From Acidimicrobiales bacterium (GTDB lineage: Bacteria > Actinomycetota > Acidimicrobiia > Acidimicrobiales > RAAP-2), in the NCBI GenBank assembly GCA_052148295.1, contig JBKQIP010000174.1:16256-80255 (forward strand): a DNA stretch of 64,000 nucleotides, in the 5' to 3' direction. How positions within the stretch are numbered: position 1 is the first letter of the stretch; each line of letters begins with the position of its first letter. Shown here piece by piece: positions 24,784-33,034 of this stretch. The position numbers and the translations under genes were made by a program. The notes under the pieces are model-generated. The model worked only from the letters and a program-made list of their open reading frames with translations. It did no database searches and was not told the DNA's origin.

Positions 24784-26228
24784 GTGAGAAGAGCTCGAAC
24801 GGGTCCGCCGCCGCACCGCGTCCGGCGAGCGCGAGGACCCCGACGGCGACGGCGGAGCCGGAACCCTCGCGGCAGTGCCCGAACTGCGGGTCGTTCCCCG
24901 AGACGGAGGCGGCCTGCGTGGAGTGCGGCTACCGCTTCGACGCGCCGGACAGCGTCCCGGTGTGGGACGAGCAGCTCTGGGAGGTGGTGGTGCGCCCGGA
25001 CCGCCAGTACTACGAGATGATCGAGCCCGACGGTCTGGAGTTCCCCGAGGCGCCGCACAACCGGCGCGTCGCCCTCCTCGGCGACCATGTGCGCATCGGG
25101 CGGCGCAGCACGCGACGGGGCATCACCCCCGAGATCGACCTGTCGGGGACCCTCGAGGACGTGGGCGTGTCGCACCGCCATGCCGTGCTCATGCGCCAAC
25201 CCACCGGCGACTGGGCCCTGGTCGATCAGGACTCGGCGAACGGCACCTATCTCAACGCCGACCGGGACCCCATTACCCCCAACCACCGGGTGCCGCTGCG
25301 GGACGGTGACCAGATCCACGTCGGAGCCTGGACGACCCTGACCGTCGAGCGGGCCGAGGCCGGCGGGAGCAGATCGGCCGAGGTCAGCACCCCTTCGAAG
25401 GACACCCGCAACGTGGCCCGGAGCCGGCTGGACCTCGAGATCGGCCTGCTCGGGCCGCTCCAGGTCGCCGTGGCCGGGACGGTGACGAGCATCACCGCGC
25501 CCAAGGCCCGCGCCGTGCTGGCCCTGCTGGCCCTGCGCATCGGATCCGCCGTGACGACCGGGGACCTCGAGTGGGCCTTGTGGGGGGACGACGAACCGAG
25601 GACGGCGGACACGGCCCTGCGGGGCTACATCTCGGCGCTGCGGCACATCCTCCCGGCCGGGGCCATCGAGACCACACCGCAGGGCTATCGGTTCACCGGA
25701 CCGAAAGAGATCGTCGACATCCACCGTTTCGAGCGTCGGAGCGTGCGGGGTCGAGAGCTGCTCGCCTCGGGCCACCCCGGGTCCGCGGTGGCCGAAATCA
25801 CCCGGGCCCTCGACCTCTGGCGGGGGGACCCGATCCCCGACCTGGCCGACGGCCCGGCCGGCCTCAGCGAGGTGACCCGCCTGCGCGAGCGCAAGGCGGG
25901 CACCGAAGAGGACCTGTTCGAGGGCCGCCTGCAGCTGGGCGACCACCAGGGTGTCCTCCCCGACCTCAGCGTGGCCGTCGAGGCGGAGCCGCTGCGCGAG
26001 CGGAGGTGGAGACAGCTCATGCTCGCCCTCTACCGCGACAGCCGGCAGGCGGAAGCCCTGCAGGCCTTCCAGCGCTTCCGCGCCATCCTCGGCGAGGAGC
26101 ACGGGGTCGAGCCCTCGGCCGCGATCGGGGACCTGGAGCGGGACATCGTGCTGGACAAGCCCGAGCTGCGCTGGACCCCGCCCGGCACGGCCGGCACGGC
26201 CGGCGGGGCGCCGGCTACCTCGGGTTGA
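24780..26228 (+). CDS. Zn-ribbon + FHA + SARP/AfsR-type (winged-helix + BTAD) transcriptional regulator
   Basis: ATGA overlaps the vWA stop. Zn ribbon: CPNCGSFPETEAACVECGYRF. FHA: VRIGRR...GVSHRHAVL...DSANGTYLN...GDQIHVG. wHTH: IGLLGPLQVAV...ALLALLAL...TALRGYISALRHIL. BTAD: RERRWRQLMLALYRDSRQAEALQAFQRFRAILGEEHGVEPS. Confidence 0.85.
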   Translation: MSEKSSNGSAAAPRPASARTPTATAEPEPSRQCPNCGSFPETEAACVECGYRFDAPDSVPVWDEQLWEVVVRPDRQYYEMIEPDGLEFPEAPHNRRVALLGDHVRIGRRSTRRGITPEIDLSGTLEDVGVSHRHAVLMRQPTGDWALVDQDSANGTYLNADRDPITPNHRVPLRDGDQIHVGAWTTLTVERAEAGGSRSAEVSTPSKDTRNVARSRLDLEIGLLGPLQVAVAGTVTSITAPKARAVLALLALRIGSAVTTGDLEWALWGDDEPRTADTALRGYISALRHILPAGAIETTPQGYRFTGPKEIVDIHRFERRSVRGRELLASGHPGSAVAEITRALDLWRGDPIPDLADGPAGLSEVTRLRERKAGTEEDLFEGRLQLGDHQGVLPDLSVAVEAEPLRERRWRQLMLALYRDSRQAEALQAFQRFRAILGEEHGVEPSAAIGDLERDIVLDKPELRWTPPGTAGTAGGAPATSG

Positions 26229-26889
26229 CGGGTGGGGGCTCGGCGACCCCGGCCTGGCGCCGCCTGATCTCCACCACCGTCGGGGCCGGGTACTCGGTGT
26301 CGCCCGGACGCCAACCCGAGGCCACCTTCTGCATGCCGGCACCGCCCTCGGCCCAGACGTGGCAGGTGTTGGTCAGCCACTCCATGCCGCCCCCACCCAG
26401 GGTGTGCTCGCCGTCGCCGTGCTCCACCCGGTAGGCGCCGGACGAGGTGATGGCCTGGATGACCACCGGGCCCAGGGCGCGGGCCAGGAACTCGAGATGG
26501 CTGCAGCCCCGCTCCCGCCCGAAGCGGGACTGGACGGCGCTGGTGTAGCCGCGCGAGACGGACAGGCCCACCAGCTCGGCGAAGGAGTCCTCGATGGTCG
26601 GGCACTCCGCGTGGGGGAACGTGCCCATGGTGGCCCGGGCGTCGACGATGACCAGATCGGACCGTCGCACCACGATCCCCAGTTCCATCCCGTGCAGGTC
26701 CCGCGGGCCGAGCGCTCCACTGGCCCACGGGCGCTGATCGAGCAGCGTGCCGATGACCACGTGGTACCCGTCGCGCTCGAACACCTCCACCTGTATGACC
26801 CGGCGGTGCACCGGCGTGTCCTCCCCGCCCGCGGCCGGGCGCAGTTCGGCCAGGCGGGGCGACCGGTCGGGCCCGGTGAGATCAGTCAC
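26215..26889 (-). CDS. DUF2889-like protein
   Basis: Track ORF of 224 aa. The GRERGCSHLEFLARALGPVVIQAI block and the FPHAECP motif resemble DUF2889 as I recall it. It is convergent with the previous gene and overlaps it by 14 nt. Confidence 0.5.
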   Translation of the reverse strand: MTDLTGPDRSPRLAELRPAAGGEDTPVHRRVIQVEVFERDGYHVVIGTLLDQRPWASGALGPRDLHGMELGIVVRRSDLVIVDARATMGTFPHAECPTIEDSFAELVGLSVSRGYTSAVQSRFGRERGCSHLEFLARALGPVVIQAITSSGAYRVEHGDGEHTLGGGGMEWLTNTCHVWAEGGAGMQKVASGWRPGDTEYPAPTVVEIRRRQAGVAEPPPVNPR

Positions 26890-27505
26890 GGCGTGATTGT
26901 GACCTGGCCTCGCGGTCCGGCGCCAGCTCGTTGAAGCTCTCGAGCACGGGGGTACCGTTGCCCCAGGCGATGCGGGTCAGCGAGGCCGTCTGCAGGTGCA
27001 GGCGCCACGCCAACCCCGGACCGGCACCCAGGGCCCAGGCCACCGCCGCCTTGATCGGCGTCACGTGACTGACCACCACCACGTCGCCGTCGGGCGATCG
27101 CGCCCCCTCCCCCCTGGTGGTGAAGAGCGCCTCGCAGGCCGCGCCGACGCGGGCGTCGACCTCGGCCAGGGTCTCGCCACCGGCGGGGCGGAAGCCCGGA
27201 TCCTCCCGCCACCGCTGCCAGACCTCGGCCGGCACGTCCGCCAGTCGTTGGCATTCGAACTCTCCGTAGTCGACCTCGATCCAACGGTCGTCGACCGCGG
27301 GCGCGACGCCGAGACCGAGCAGGGCGGCCGTGGAGCGGGCCCGCTCCAGCGGGCTGGTGCGCAGCGAGACGACCGGGCCCGCCAGCAGCGCACCCACCGC
27401 CGTCGCCTGCGCCCGCCCCGCCTCGGTCAGCGCGGCGTCGGTGCGGCCCAGCAGCAGACCCGCCGCGTTGGCGGTGGACTCGCCGTGGCGAACGAGGATC
27501 AGCAC
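26882..27505 (-). CDS. Histidine phosphatase family protein (phosphoglycerate mutase/CobC-like)
   Basis: N-terminal RHG motif MLILVRHGESTAN and a downstream VVVSHV histidine. It overlaps the DUF2889 start by 8 nt. Confidence 0.85.
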   Translation of the reverse strand: MLILVRHGESTANAAGLLLGRTDAALTEAGRAQATAVGALLAGPVVSLRTSPLERARSTAALLGLGVAPAVDDRWIEVDYGEFECQRLADVPAEVWQRWREDPGFRPAGGETLAEVDARVGAACEALFTTRGEGARSPDGDVVVVSHVTPIKAAVAWALGAGPGLAWRLHLQTASLTRIAWGNGTPVLESFNELAPDREARSQSRRD

Positions 27506-27506
27506 C

Positions 27507-28226
27507 TCACACGGGGACCAGGATGCGTCCGCACTGGTCGCAGGTGGCCACGGTGTCGGGGGGCATGGCGCGGATGCGGTCGACCTCGACGGCGGACAGC
27601 TCCAGATGGCACCCGTCGCACCGACGGCCGACGAGGCGCGCCGCCCCGGTGCCGTGCAGGCGGGTGCGGAGCCTCTCGTAGCGCTCGGCCAGCGCGGCCG
27701 GGAGCTCGGCCGCGGCCGCGGCCCGGGCGGCCCTGGCGGCCGTCAGCTCCTCGTCGATGGCGCGCTGCTCCGCCCCCACCTCGGCGCCCACCACCGCCAC
27801 CCGCTCCTCGAGCGGTGCCCGCCGGGCGACCAGGGAGGCCAGCTCGGCGTCGAGGGGTTCCTGGTTGACCATGGCCACCAGGTCCAGCTCCTCGAGCTCG
27901 GCCTGACGCCGGGCCAGGTGACGCACCTCGTCGTCCATGGCCTGGAGGTCGCGGGTGGACGAGCCCCGGGCGGCGTACATGCGTTGCTCGGTCAGGGTCC
28001 GCCGCTCGGTGATGGCGGCGATCTGGCCCTCGATGTCCCTCTGGGTGGCCACCAACTCGGCTCGTCGCTCCGTCAACGACGCCTCGTCGGCCCGCAGGAC
28101 GGCCAGCTCGGCCTCGAGGCCCTTCAGCCCGGTGCGCTCGGCCAGCGCCACCCGCCGGTGCTCGAGCTGGGTGATGGCGGTGTCGAGGTCCTGGACCACC
28201 AGCAGCTGGGCCAGCGGCCCGCTCAC
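27507..28226 (-). CDS. Coiled-coil protein with C-terminal C4 zinc ribbon (COG1579/DUF164-like)
   Basis: Starts at GTG (rc cac 28224-28226), overlapping the Nudix stop. It has long heptad-rich helices and then CDGCHLEL...CDQCGRILV. The same gene order (zinc-ribbon protein then phosphatase) is known in mycobacteria. Confidence 0.75.
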   Translation of the reverse strand: MSGPLAQLLVVQDLDTAITQLEHRRVALAERTGLKGLEAELAVLRADEASLTERRAELVATQRDIEGQIAAITERRTLTEQRMYAARGSSTRDLQAMDDEVRHLARRQAELEELDLVAMVNQEPLDAELASLVARRAPLEERVAVVGAEVGAEQRAIDEELTAARAARAAAAAELPAALAERYERLRTRLHGTGAARLVGRRCDGCHLELSAVEVDRIRAMPPDTVATCDQCGRILVPV

Positions 28227-28765
28227 GGCGACCGGGCCTCCCACTCGGCCCGGGCGATCGTCAGGGCGGGGGCCAACGCCTCGTCGGCCATGCCCTCGGC
28301 CTCCTCCCAGCTGCACCAGCGCGCCTCGGGGCTCTCGCCCGGCGGCGGGGTGGGGTCGGTGTCGGGCCCGATCAGGAGGTAGCGCAGGTCGAGATGGGTG
28401 TGGCCGAGTGCCGCCTCGTGGACGTCGAGGTGGAGCAGCCGCGGACCGTCCTCGGGGTGGGTCACGGCCAGGCCCAGCTCCTCTTGGGCTTCCCGGCGGG
28501 CGGCCACGGGTGACGTCTCCCCGGGGTCGATGTGGCCCCCGGGCTGCATCCAGCGACCGAGACGCTTGTGGAGATGGAGGACCGTGCCCCGGGTCCCGAC
28601 CACGATGCCCGATGCCGTGACGTGCGTGGGGTCGGCGTGCTCGTCGGTGGGCGCGGGCAGGCGGTCGAGCTCGGCCAGGAAGCGGTCCTTGGCCGCCGCC
28701 TCCCGGGGCGAGGCGGCCCGATGGTGCGCCACCAGTTCCCGGAGGTCCTCGGACGGCGCGGCCAT
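28223..28765 (-). CDS. NUDIX hydrolase
   Basis: This is the real part of track ORF 28223..29020, from MAAPSEDL (rc cat 28763-28765). Nudix box: GGHIDPGETSPVAARREAQEELGL. Confidence 0.85.
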   Translation of the reverse strand: MAAPSEDLRELVAHHRAASPREAAAKDRFLAELDRLPAPTDEHADPTHVTASGIVVGTRGTVLHLHKRLGRWMQPGGHIDPGETSPVAARREAQEELGLAVTHPEDGPRLLHLDVHEAALGHTHLDLRYLLIGPDTDPTPPPGESPEARWCSWEEAEGMADEALAPALTIARAEWEARSP

Positions 28766-28775
28766 GCAGCCATCG

Positions 28776-29576
28776 CTAGCACAGGTGGCCGTCGAACACC
28801 GCCACGGCGTTCCCGGCGATGTGGACCCGCTCCCCGTCGGGGCGCACGTAGAGGACTGCGCCCCGGCCCGACAGCTGCCGCGCCACCAGCGCCGGCCGGT
28901 CCAGGGTGGCGGACCAGTAGGGGCCGGCCGTGCACTGGGCCGACCCGGTGGCCGGGTCCTCGTCGATCCCGATCTTGGGCCCGAAGACCCGCAGGACGTA
29001 GTCGGCGTCCGCGGTGGCATCGGCCGCCGCCGTGACGAGGAGGGCGCTGCGGTCCACCGCGGCGATGGCGGCCAGGTCGGGCCGGTAGTCGCGCACGACC
29101 GCCTCGGAGCCCAGGACGACCACCGAGAAGAAGTCCGTGGCCCCGGTGGCCACCACGTCGGCGGCGTCCCACGCCCGCTCCAGGGACCCGGGCAGCGGTG
29201 CGTCGGTCATCGGGACGGCCGGGAAGTCCAGGGAGATGCGGTCGCCCTCGAAGCTGGCCACCAGGGGCCCGCTGCGGGTGTGGAACGTCACGGCCGCGGT
29301 GCCGTCGACCACCCCGCGCACCAGCAGCGCGTGGGCCGCCGCCAGCGTGGCATGGCCGCACAGGTCGACCTCGGCGGCCGCGGTGAACCAGCGCAGCCCG
29401 AACGTGGTGGCGTCGGCGCCGGGGGTGACGAACGCCGTCTCGGCGATCCCCAGCTCGAAGGCGAGGGACTGCATGCGGTCCTCGGCCAGGGGCGGGTCCA
29501 CCAGGCAGATCCCGGCCGGATTGCCCCCGAAGGGCCGGTCCGTGAAGGCATCGACCCAGGTGAGCGAGGTGGTCAT
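28776..29576 (-). CDS. PhzF-family isomerase-like protein
   Basis: This is the C-terminal 267 codons of track ORF 28776..30764, from MTTSLTWVDAFTDRPFGGNPAG. It has the typical PhzF N-terminus, CGHATLAAAH and EDPATGSAQC. Confidence 0.8.
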   Translation of the reverse strand: MTTSLTWVDAFTDRPFGGNPAGICLVDPPLAEDRMQSLAFELGIAETAFVTPGADATTFGLRWFTAAAEVDLCGHATLAAAHALLVRGVVDGTAAVTFHTRSGPLVASFEGDRISLDFPAVPMTDAPLPGSLERAWDAADVVATGATDFFSVVVLGSEAVVRDYRPDLAAIAAVDRSALLVTAAADATADADYVLRVFGPKIGIDEDPATGSAQCTAGPYWSATLDRPALVARQLSGRGAVLYVRPDGERVHIAGNAVAVFDGHLC

Positions 29577-30760
29577 GCCCACCGAGCCAGGCGTGCCAGC
29601 GCCTCCTCCAAGACGGCGTCCTGCTTGCAGAAGGCCCACCGGACCAGGGTGCGGCCGGCGGCGTCGTCCGGCGCGGTCCCCCCGGCCCCGTAGAACACCG
29701 AGCTGGGGATGGCCACCACGCCGCAGCGCGAGGGTAGGGCCCGGCAGAACTCGTAGGCCCCGAGGCCGGGGGCGACGTCGGCGATGTCGGTGGTGGCGAA
29801 ATAGGTGGCGGCCGGCCGGTGCACGGTGAACCCGAGGGTGGCCAACCCGCCGCAGAAGCGGTCCCGCTTGGCCTCGAGCTCGGCCCCCAGGCGGTTGATC
29901 CGCTCCGGTGGGTAGCCCAGGCCGCGGGCGATGGCGAGCTGGTAGGGGGCACCGGAGGTGTAGGTCAGGAACTGCTTGACGGCCCGCACGGCCGAGACCA
30001 GGGGGGCCGGCGCGGTCACCCACCCCACCTTCCAGCCGGTGAACGAGAAGGTCTTGCCACCCGACGAGATGGACACGGTGCGCTCCGCCATGCCCTTCAG
30101 GGTGGCCAGCGGGACGTGGGTCCCCTCGAAGACGAGGTGCTCGTAGACCTCGTCGGTCACCGCCAGGATGTCCCGGTCCCGGCAGAGCTGGGCGATCTGC
30201 CCCAGCTCCTCGGGGCCGAACACCTTGCCGGTCGGGTTGTGGGGGGTGTTGAGCAGGATGAGCCTGGTGCGCGGGCCCACGGCGGCGGCCAGCTCGTCGG
30301 GATCGAAGGTCCACGCCGGCGGGTGGAGGCGGACCAGGCGCGTGGTGGCGCCGGCCAGGGCCACACAGGCGGCATAGGAGTCGTAGGAGGGCTCGAACAG
30401 CACCACCTCGTCGCCGGCCTCGCACAGGGCCAGCAGAGTGGCGGCGATCGCCTCGGTGGCGCCGGTGGTCACCAGCACCTCGTCCTCGGGCGAGTAGTCC
30501 AGTCCGTACCACGACAGCTGGTGGGCCGCCACGGCCGCCCGCAGCTCGGGCGTGCCCGAGCTGGGCGGGTACTGATTGTGCCCGGCCTCGATGGCCTCGG
30601 CGGCGGTGCGGGCCAGCTCCCCCGGCCCGTCGGTGTCGGGGTACCCCTGGCCCAGGTTGAGGGAGCCGGTGGACGCCGCCAGTTCGGACATCTCGGCGAA
30701 GATCGTGGTCCCGAAGGACCGGAGGCGTTCGACGAGGTAGGGGGCGGGCCGGCACGACAC
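29573..30760 (-). CDS. Class I/II pyridoxal-phosphate aminotransferase (DapC/kynurenine-aminotransferase-like)
   Basis: Motifs LNLGQGYPD, LNTPHNPTG and the PLP-lysine block SSGGKTFSFTGWKVGW. ATGA overlaps the phzF-like start. Confidence 0.85.
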   Translation of the reverse strand: MSCRPAPYLVERLRSFGTTIFAEMSELAASTGSLNLGQGYPDTDGPGELARTAAEAIEAGHNQYPPSSGTPELRAAVAAHQLSWYGLDYSPEDEVLVTTGATEAIAATLLALCEAGDEVVLFEPSYDSYAACVALAGATTRLVRLHPPAWTFDPDELAAAVGPRTRLILLNTPHNPTGKVFGPEELGQIAQLCRDRDILAVTDEVYEHLVFEGTHVPLATLKGMAERTVSISSGGKTFSFTGWKVGWVTAPAPLVSAVRAVKQFLTYTSGAPYQLAIARGLGYPPERINRLGAELEAKRDRFCGGLATLGFTVHRPAATYFATTDIADVAPGLGAYEFCRALPSRCGVVAIPSSVFYGAGGTAPDDAAGRTLVRWAFCKQDAVLEEALARLARWA

Positions 30761-30799
30761 GCACCCGATGGTACCGGTGCCCTATCGTCGGCCCGGATC

Positions 30800-31618
30800 G
30801 TGCTCACCATCGCCAACTTCAACATGCACGCCGGGGTGGACGGGTGGGGCCGCCCGTACGATCACGTCGCCGTCTGCCGGGACCTGGGCACCGACGTCAT
30901 CGTGCTGGAGGAGGCGTGGGCCGGCGAGGCGGACCCCGCCGGCGGACAGGCCCAAGAGATCGCCCGCTCGCTGGGCTACGAGGCGGTGACCTGCGCCCTG
31001 GCCGAGGGGCGGCGGGCCCGGCCGGACCCTCGGGCCACCGACCGTTGGATGCCCCGCTACGCCATGCTGCGCTCGGGCCGCCACGCCCTCTTCCTCGACA
31101 GCGAGCGTCCGCTGTCCGCCGAGGCCGCGGCGTCGGCGCGCTTCGCCGAGGCCGAGCCGGGGAGCTGGGGCATCGCCGTCCTCACCCGTCGGGGCCTGGC
31201 CGTCGAGGACACCCGCGCCCTCCACCTGCCCCGCCTGGCCCGGGACCGGGTGCGCCGGGCCGCCATCGTGGTTGACCTGACCGTCGAAGGGCACAAGATC
31301 TCGGTCGTCGGCACCCACATGTCGCACCTGCAGTTCGGCTCGCACCGCCACTACGCGTTGCTGAAGAAGCGCCTGCGCTCCGAGGCCCGGCCCGACGCCA
31401 TCCTGTCGGGGGACATGAACCTGTGGGGCCCCCCGGTCCGGGCCTTCCTGCCCGAATGGCACCGGGCGGTGAAGGGCTCGACCTGGCCGAGCCGGAATCC
31501 GCACAGCCAGATCGACCACATCCTGGTCCGGGGCGAGGTGCTGGTGGTGTCGGGCGAGGTGCGCCCCGATGCCGGCTCGGACCACCGGCCCGTGCGGGCC
31601 CGGCTCACCCTGCGATAA
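30800..31618 (+). CDS. Endonuclease/exonuclease/phosphatase (EEP) family protein
   Basis: This is the real part of track ORF 29819..31618, from GTG 30800 (VLTIANFNMH). The terminal motifs GDMN and SDHRPV are typical of EEP enzymes. Confidence 0.75.
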   Translation: MLTIANFNMHAGVDGWGRPYDHVAVCRDLGTDVIVLEEAWAGEADPAGGQAQEIARSLGYEAVTCALAEGRRARPDPRATDRWMPRYAMLRSGRHALFLDSERPLSAEAAASARFAEAEPGSWGIAVLTRRGLAVEDTRALHLPRLARDRVRRAAIVVDLTVEGHKISVVGTHMSHLQFGSHRHYALLKKRLRSEARPDAILSGDMNLWGPPVRAFLPEWHRAVKGSTWPSRNPHSQIDHILVRGEVLVVSGEVRPDAGSDHRPVRARLTLR

Positions 31619-31645
31619 TCGCCGGGTGAGTGAAGGAGCATCACC

Positions 31646-33034
31646 GTGAGCAGCTACCCCTACGCCGACCGCTTCGAGATCCACCGGAGCCTGCCGGCAG
31701 AGGGCATGCCGCGGCCGGCCGTGCTGGCGCAGCTGCGCGCCATGGCCATGGAGGAGGACGCCTTCTGGGAGACGGGCAAGTGCTCGGGCACCATGTACTG
31801 CGGCGACCACGACCACTACCACTTCATGAACGAGGCCTTCGGCCTGTTCGCCCACGTGAACGTGCTCCAGCGCGACATGTGCCCCAGCGCCACCAAATTC
31901 GAGGCCGAGATCATCTCCATGACGCTGGACCTGCAACACGGCGGAGCGGCGGCGGCGGCCGGCGGCGACCCCTGCGGGCTGGTCACCACCGGAGGGACGG
32001 GGAGCATCCTCCACGCCGTGCTGGCCTACCGGGAGCACGGAGCGGGCCGGGGGGTGACCCGGCCCAACGTCATCAAGCCCGAGACGGCCCATCCGGCCTT
32101 CGACAAGGCCTGCCACCTCTTCGGGGTGGAGCTGCGGCGGGCCCCGGTGGACCCGGTGACCACGCAGGTCGACGTGGACTGGGTGCGCGACCACGTCGAC
32201 GACCAGACCGTGGCCCTCATCGGCTCGGCCTGCAATTACGGCTACGGCACGGTGGACCCCATCGGCGATCTCTCCGAGGTGGCCCTGGCGCACCACGTCG
32301 GCCTGCACGTCGACGGCTGCCTGGGCGGCTTCATCCTGCCCTTCGGCCAGGAGCTGGGCTACGACGTCCCCGTCTTCGACTACCGCATCCCGGGCGTCAC
32401 CTCCATCTCGGCCGACACCCACAAGTACGGCTACGCCTTCAAGGGATCGTCGGTGCTCACCTTCCGCACCAAGGAGCTCCGCAACGCCCAGTACTTCTAC
32501 CTGACCGACTGGAGCGGTGGGAAGTACTGCTCACCCGGCATGGAGGGCTCGCGCTCCGGCGGCCTCATCGCGGCCACCTGGGCCGCCATGGTCCAGCTCG
32601 GGCACGCGGGCTACCTGGGGTACGCCAAGGAGATCTTCGAGACGTCGTTCGCCATGCAGGAGGCCGTGCGCAGCCACCCCGAGCTGCGGATGATGGGCCG
32701 GCCCACCTTCCTCTTCTCCTTCACCTCGGACGCCTTCGACATCTACCACGTGAACGACTTCATGCGCACCCGGGGCTGGCGCTTCAACGGGCAGCAGTAC
32801 CCCAACGCGCTGCACATGGCGGTGACCCGACCCCAGACGCAGGCCGACGTGGCGTCCGCCTTCGCGGCCGACCTGGCCGACGCGGTCGACTACGCCCGGG
32901 CGCACGCCACCGAGGCGCCCGCGTCGGGGGCGATCTACGGGGGCGTGGCCGGCGGCATGACGGACGAGGCCGACGACGTCATCCGCGCCGTCATGGCCGA
33001 CATGCTGGACGCGCAGGCGGTCATCCCGGGTTGA
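31646..33034 (+). CDS. PLP-dependent group II decarboxylase-fold enzyme, sphingosine-1-phosphate-lyase-like
   Basis: GAAGGAG lies 6 nt upstream of GTG 31646. The PLP-lysine block SISADTHKYGYAFKGSSVL and CSGTMYCGD match the S1P-lyase subfamily signature (SADTHKYG) as I recall it. Confidence 0.7.
   Translation: MSSYPYADRFEIHRSLPAEGMPRPAVLAQLRAMAMEEDAFWETGKCSGTMYCGDHDHYHFMNEAFGLFAHVNVLQRDMCPSATKFEAEIISMTLDLQHGGAAAAAGGDPCGLVTTGGTGSILHAVLAYREHGAGRGVTRPNVIKPETAHPAFDKACHLFGVELRRAPVDPVTTQVDVDWVRDHVDDQTVALIGSACNYGYGTVDPIGDLSEVALAHHVGLHVDGCLGGFILPFGQELGYDVPVFDYRIPGVTSISADTHKYGYAFKGSSVLTFRTKELRNAQYFYLTDWSGGKYCSPGMEGSRSGGLIAATWAAMVQLGHAGYLGYAKEIFETSFAMQEAVRSHPELRMMGRPTFLFSFTSDAFDIYHVNDFMRTRGWRFNGQQYPNALHMAVTRPQTQADVASAFAADLADAVDYARAHATEAPASGAIYGGVAGGMTDEADDVIRAVMADMLDAQAVIPG

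Noticed and set aside
24351-26342. 663-aa minus-strand ORF opposite the vWA and FHA-SARP genes
   Set aside because: It is a shadow ORF with the same compositional signature. The plus-strand genes have FHA, wHTH and BTAD motifs.
26882-28226. Zinc-ribbon (COG1579) gene followed by a phosphatase-only gene, whereas mycobacteria have an RNase H-phosphatase fusion at this position
   Set aside because: This is a real difference, but phosphatase-only versions are likely common. No RNase H remnant is visible in the flanks, so it is not reported as a finding.
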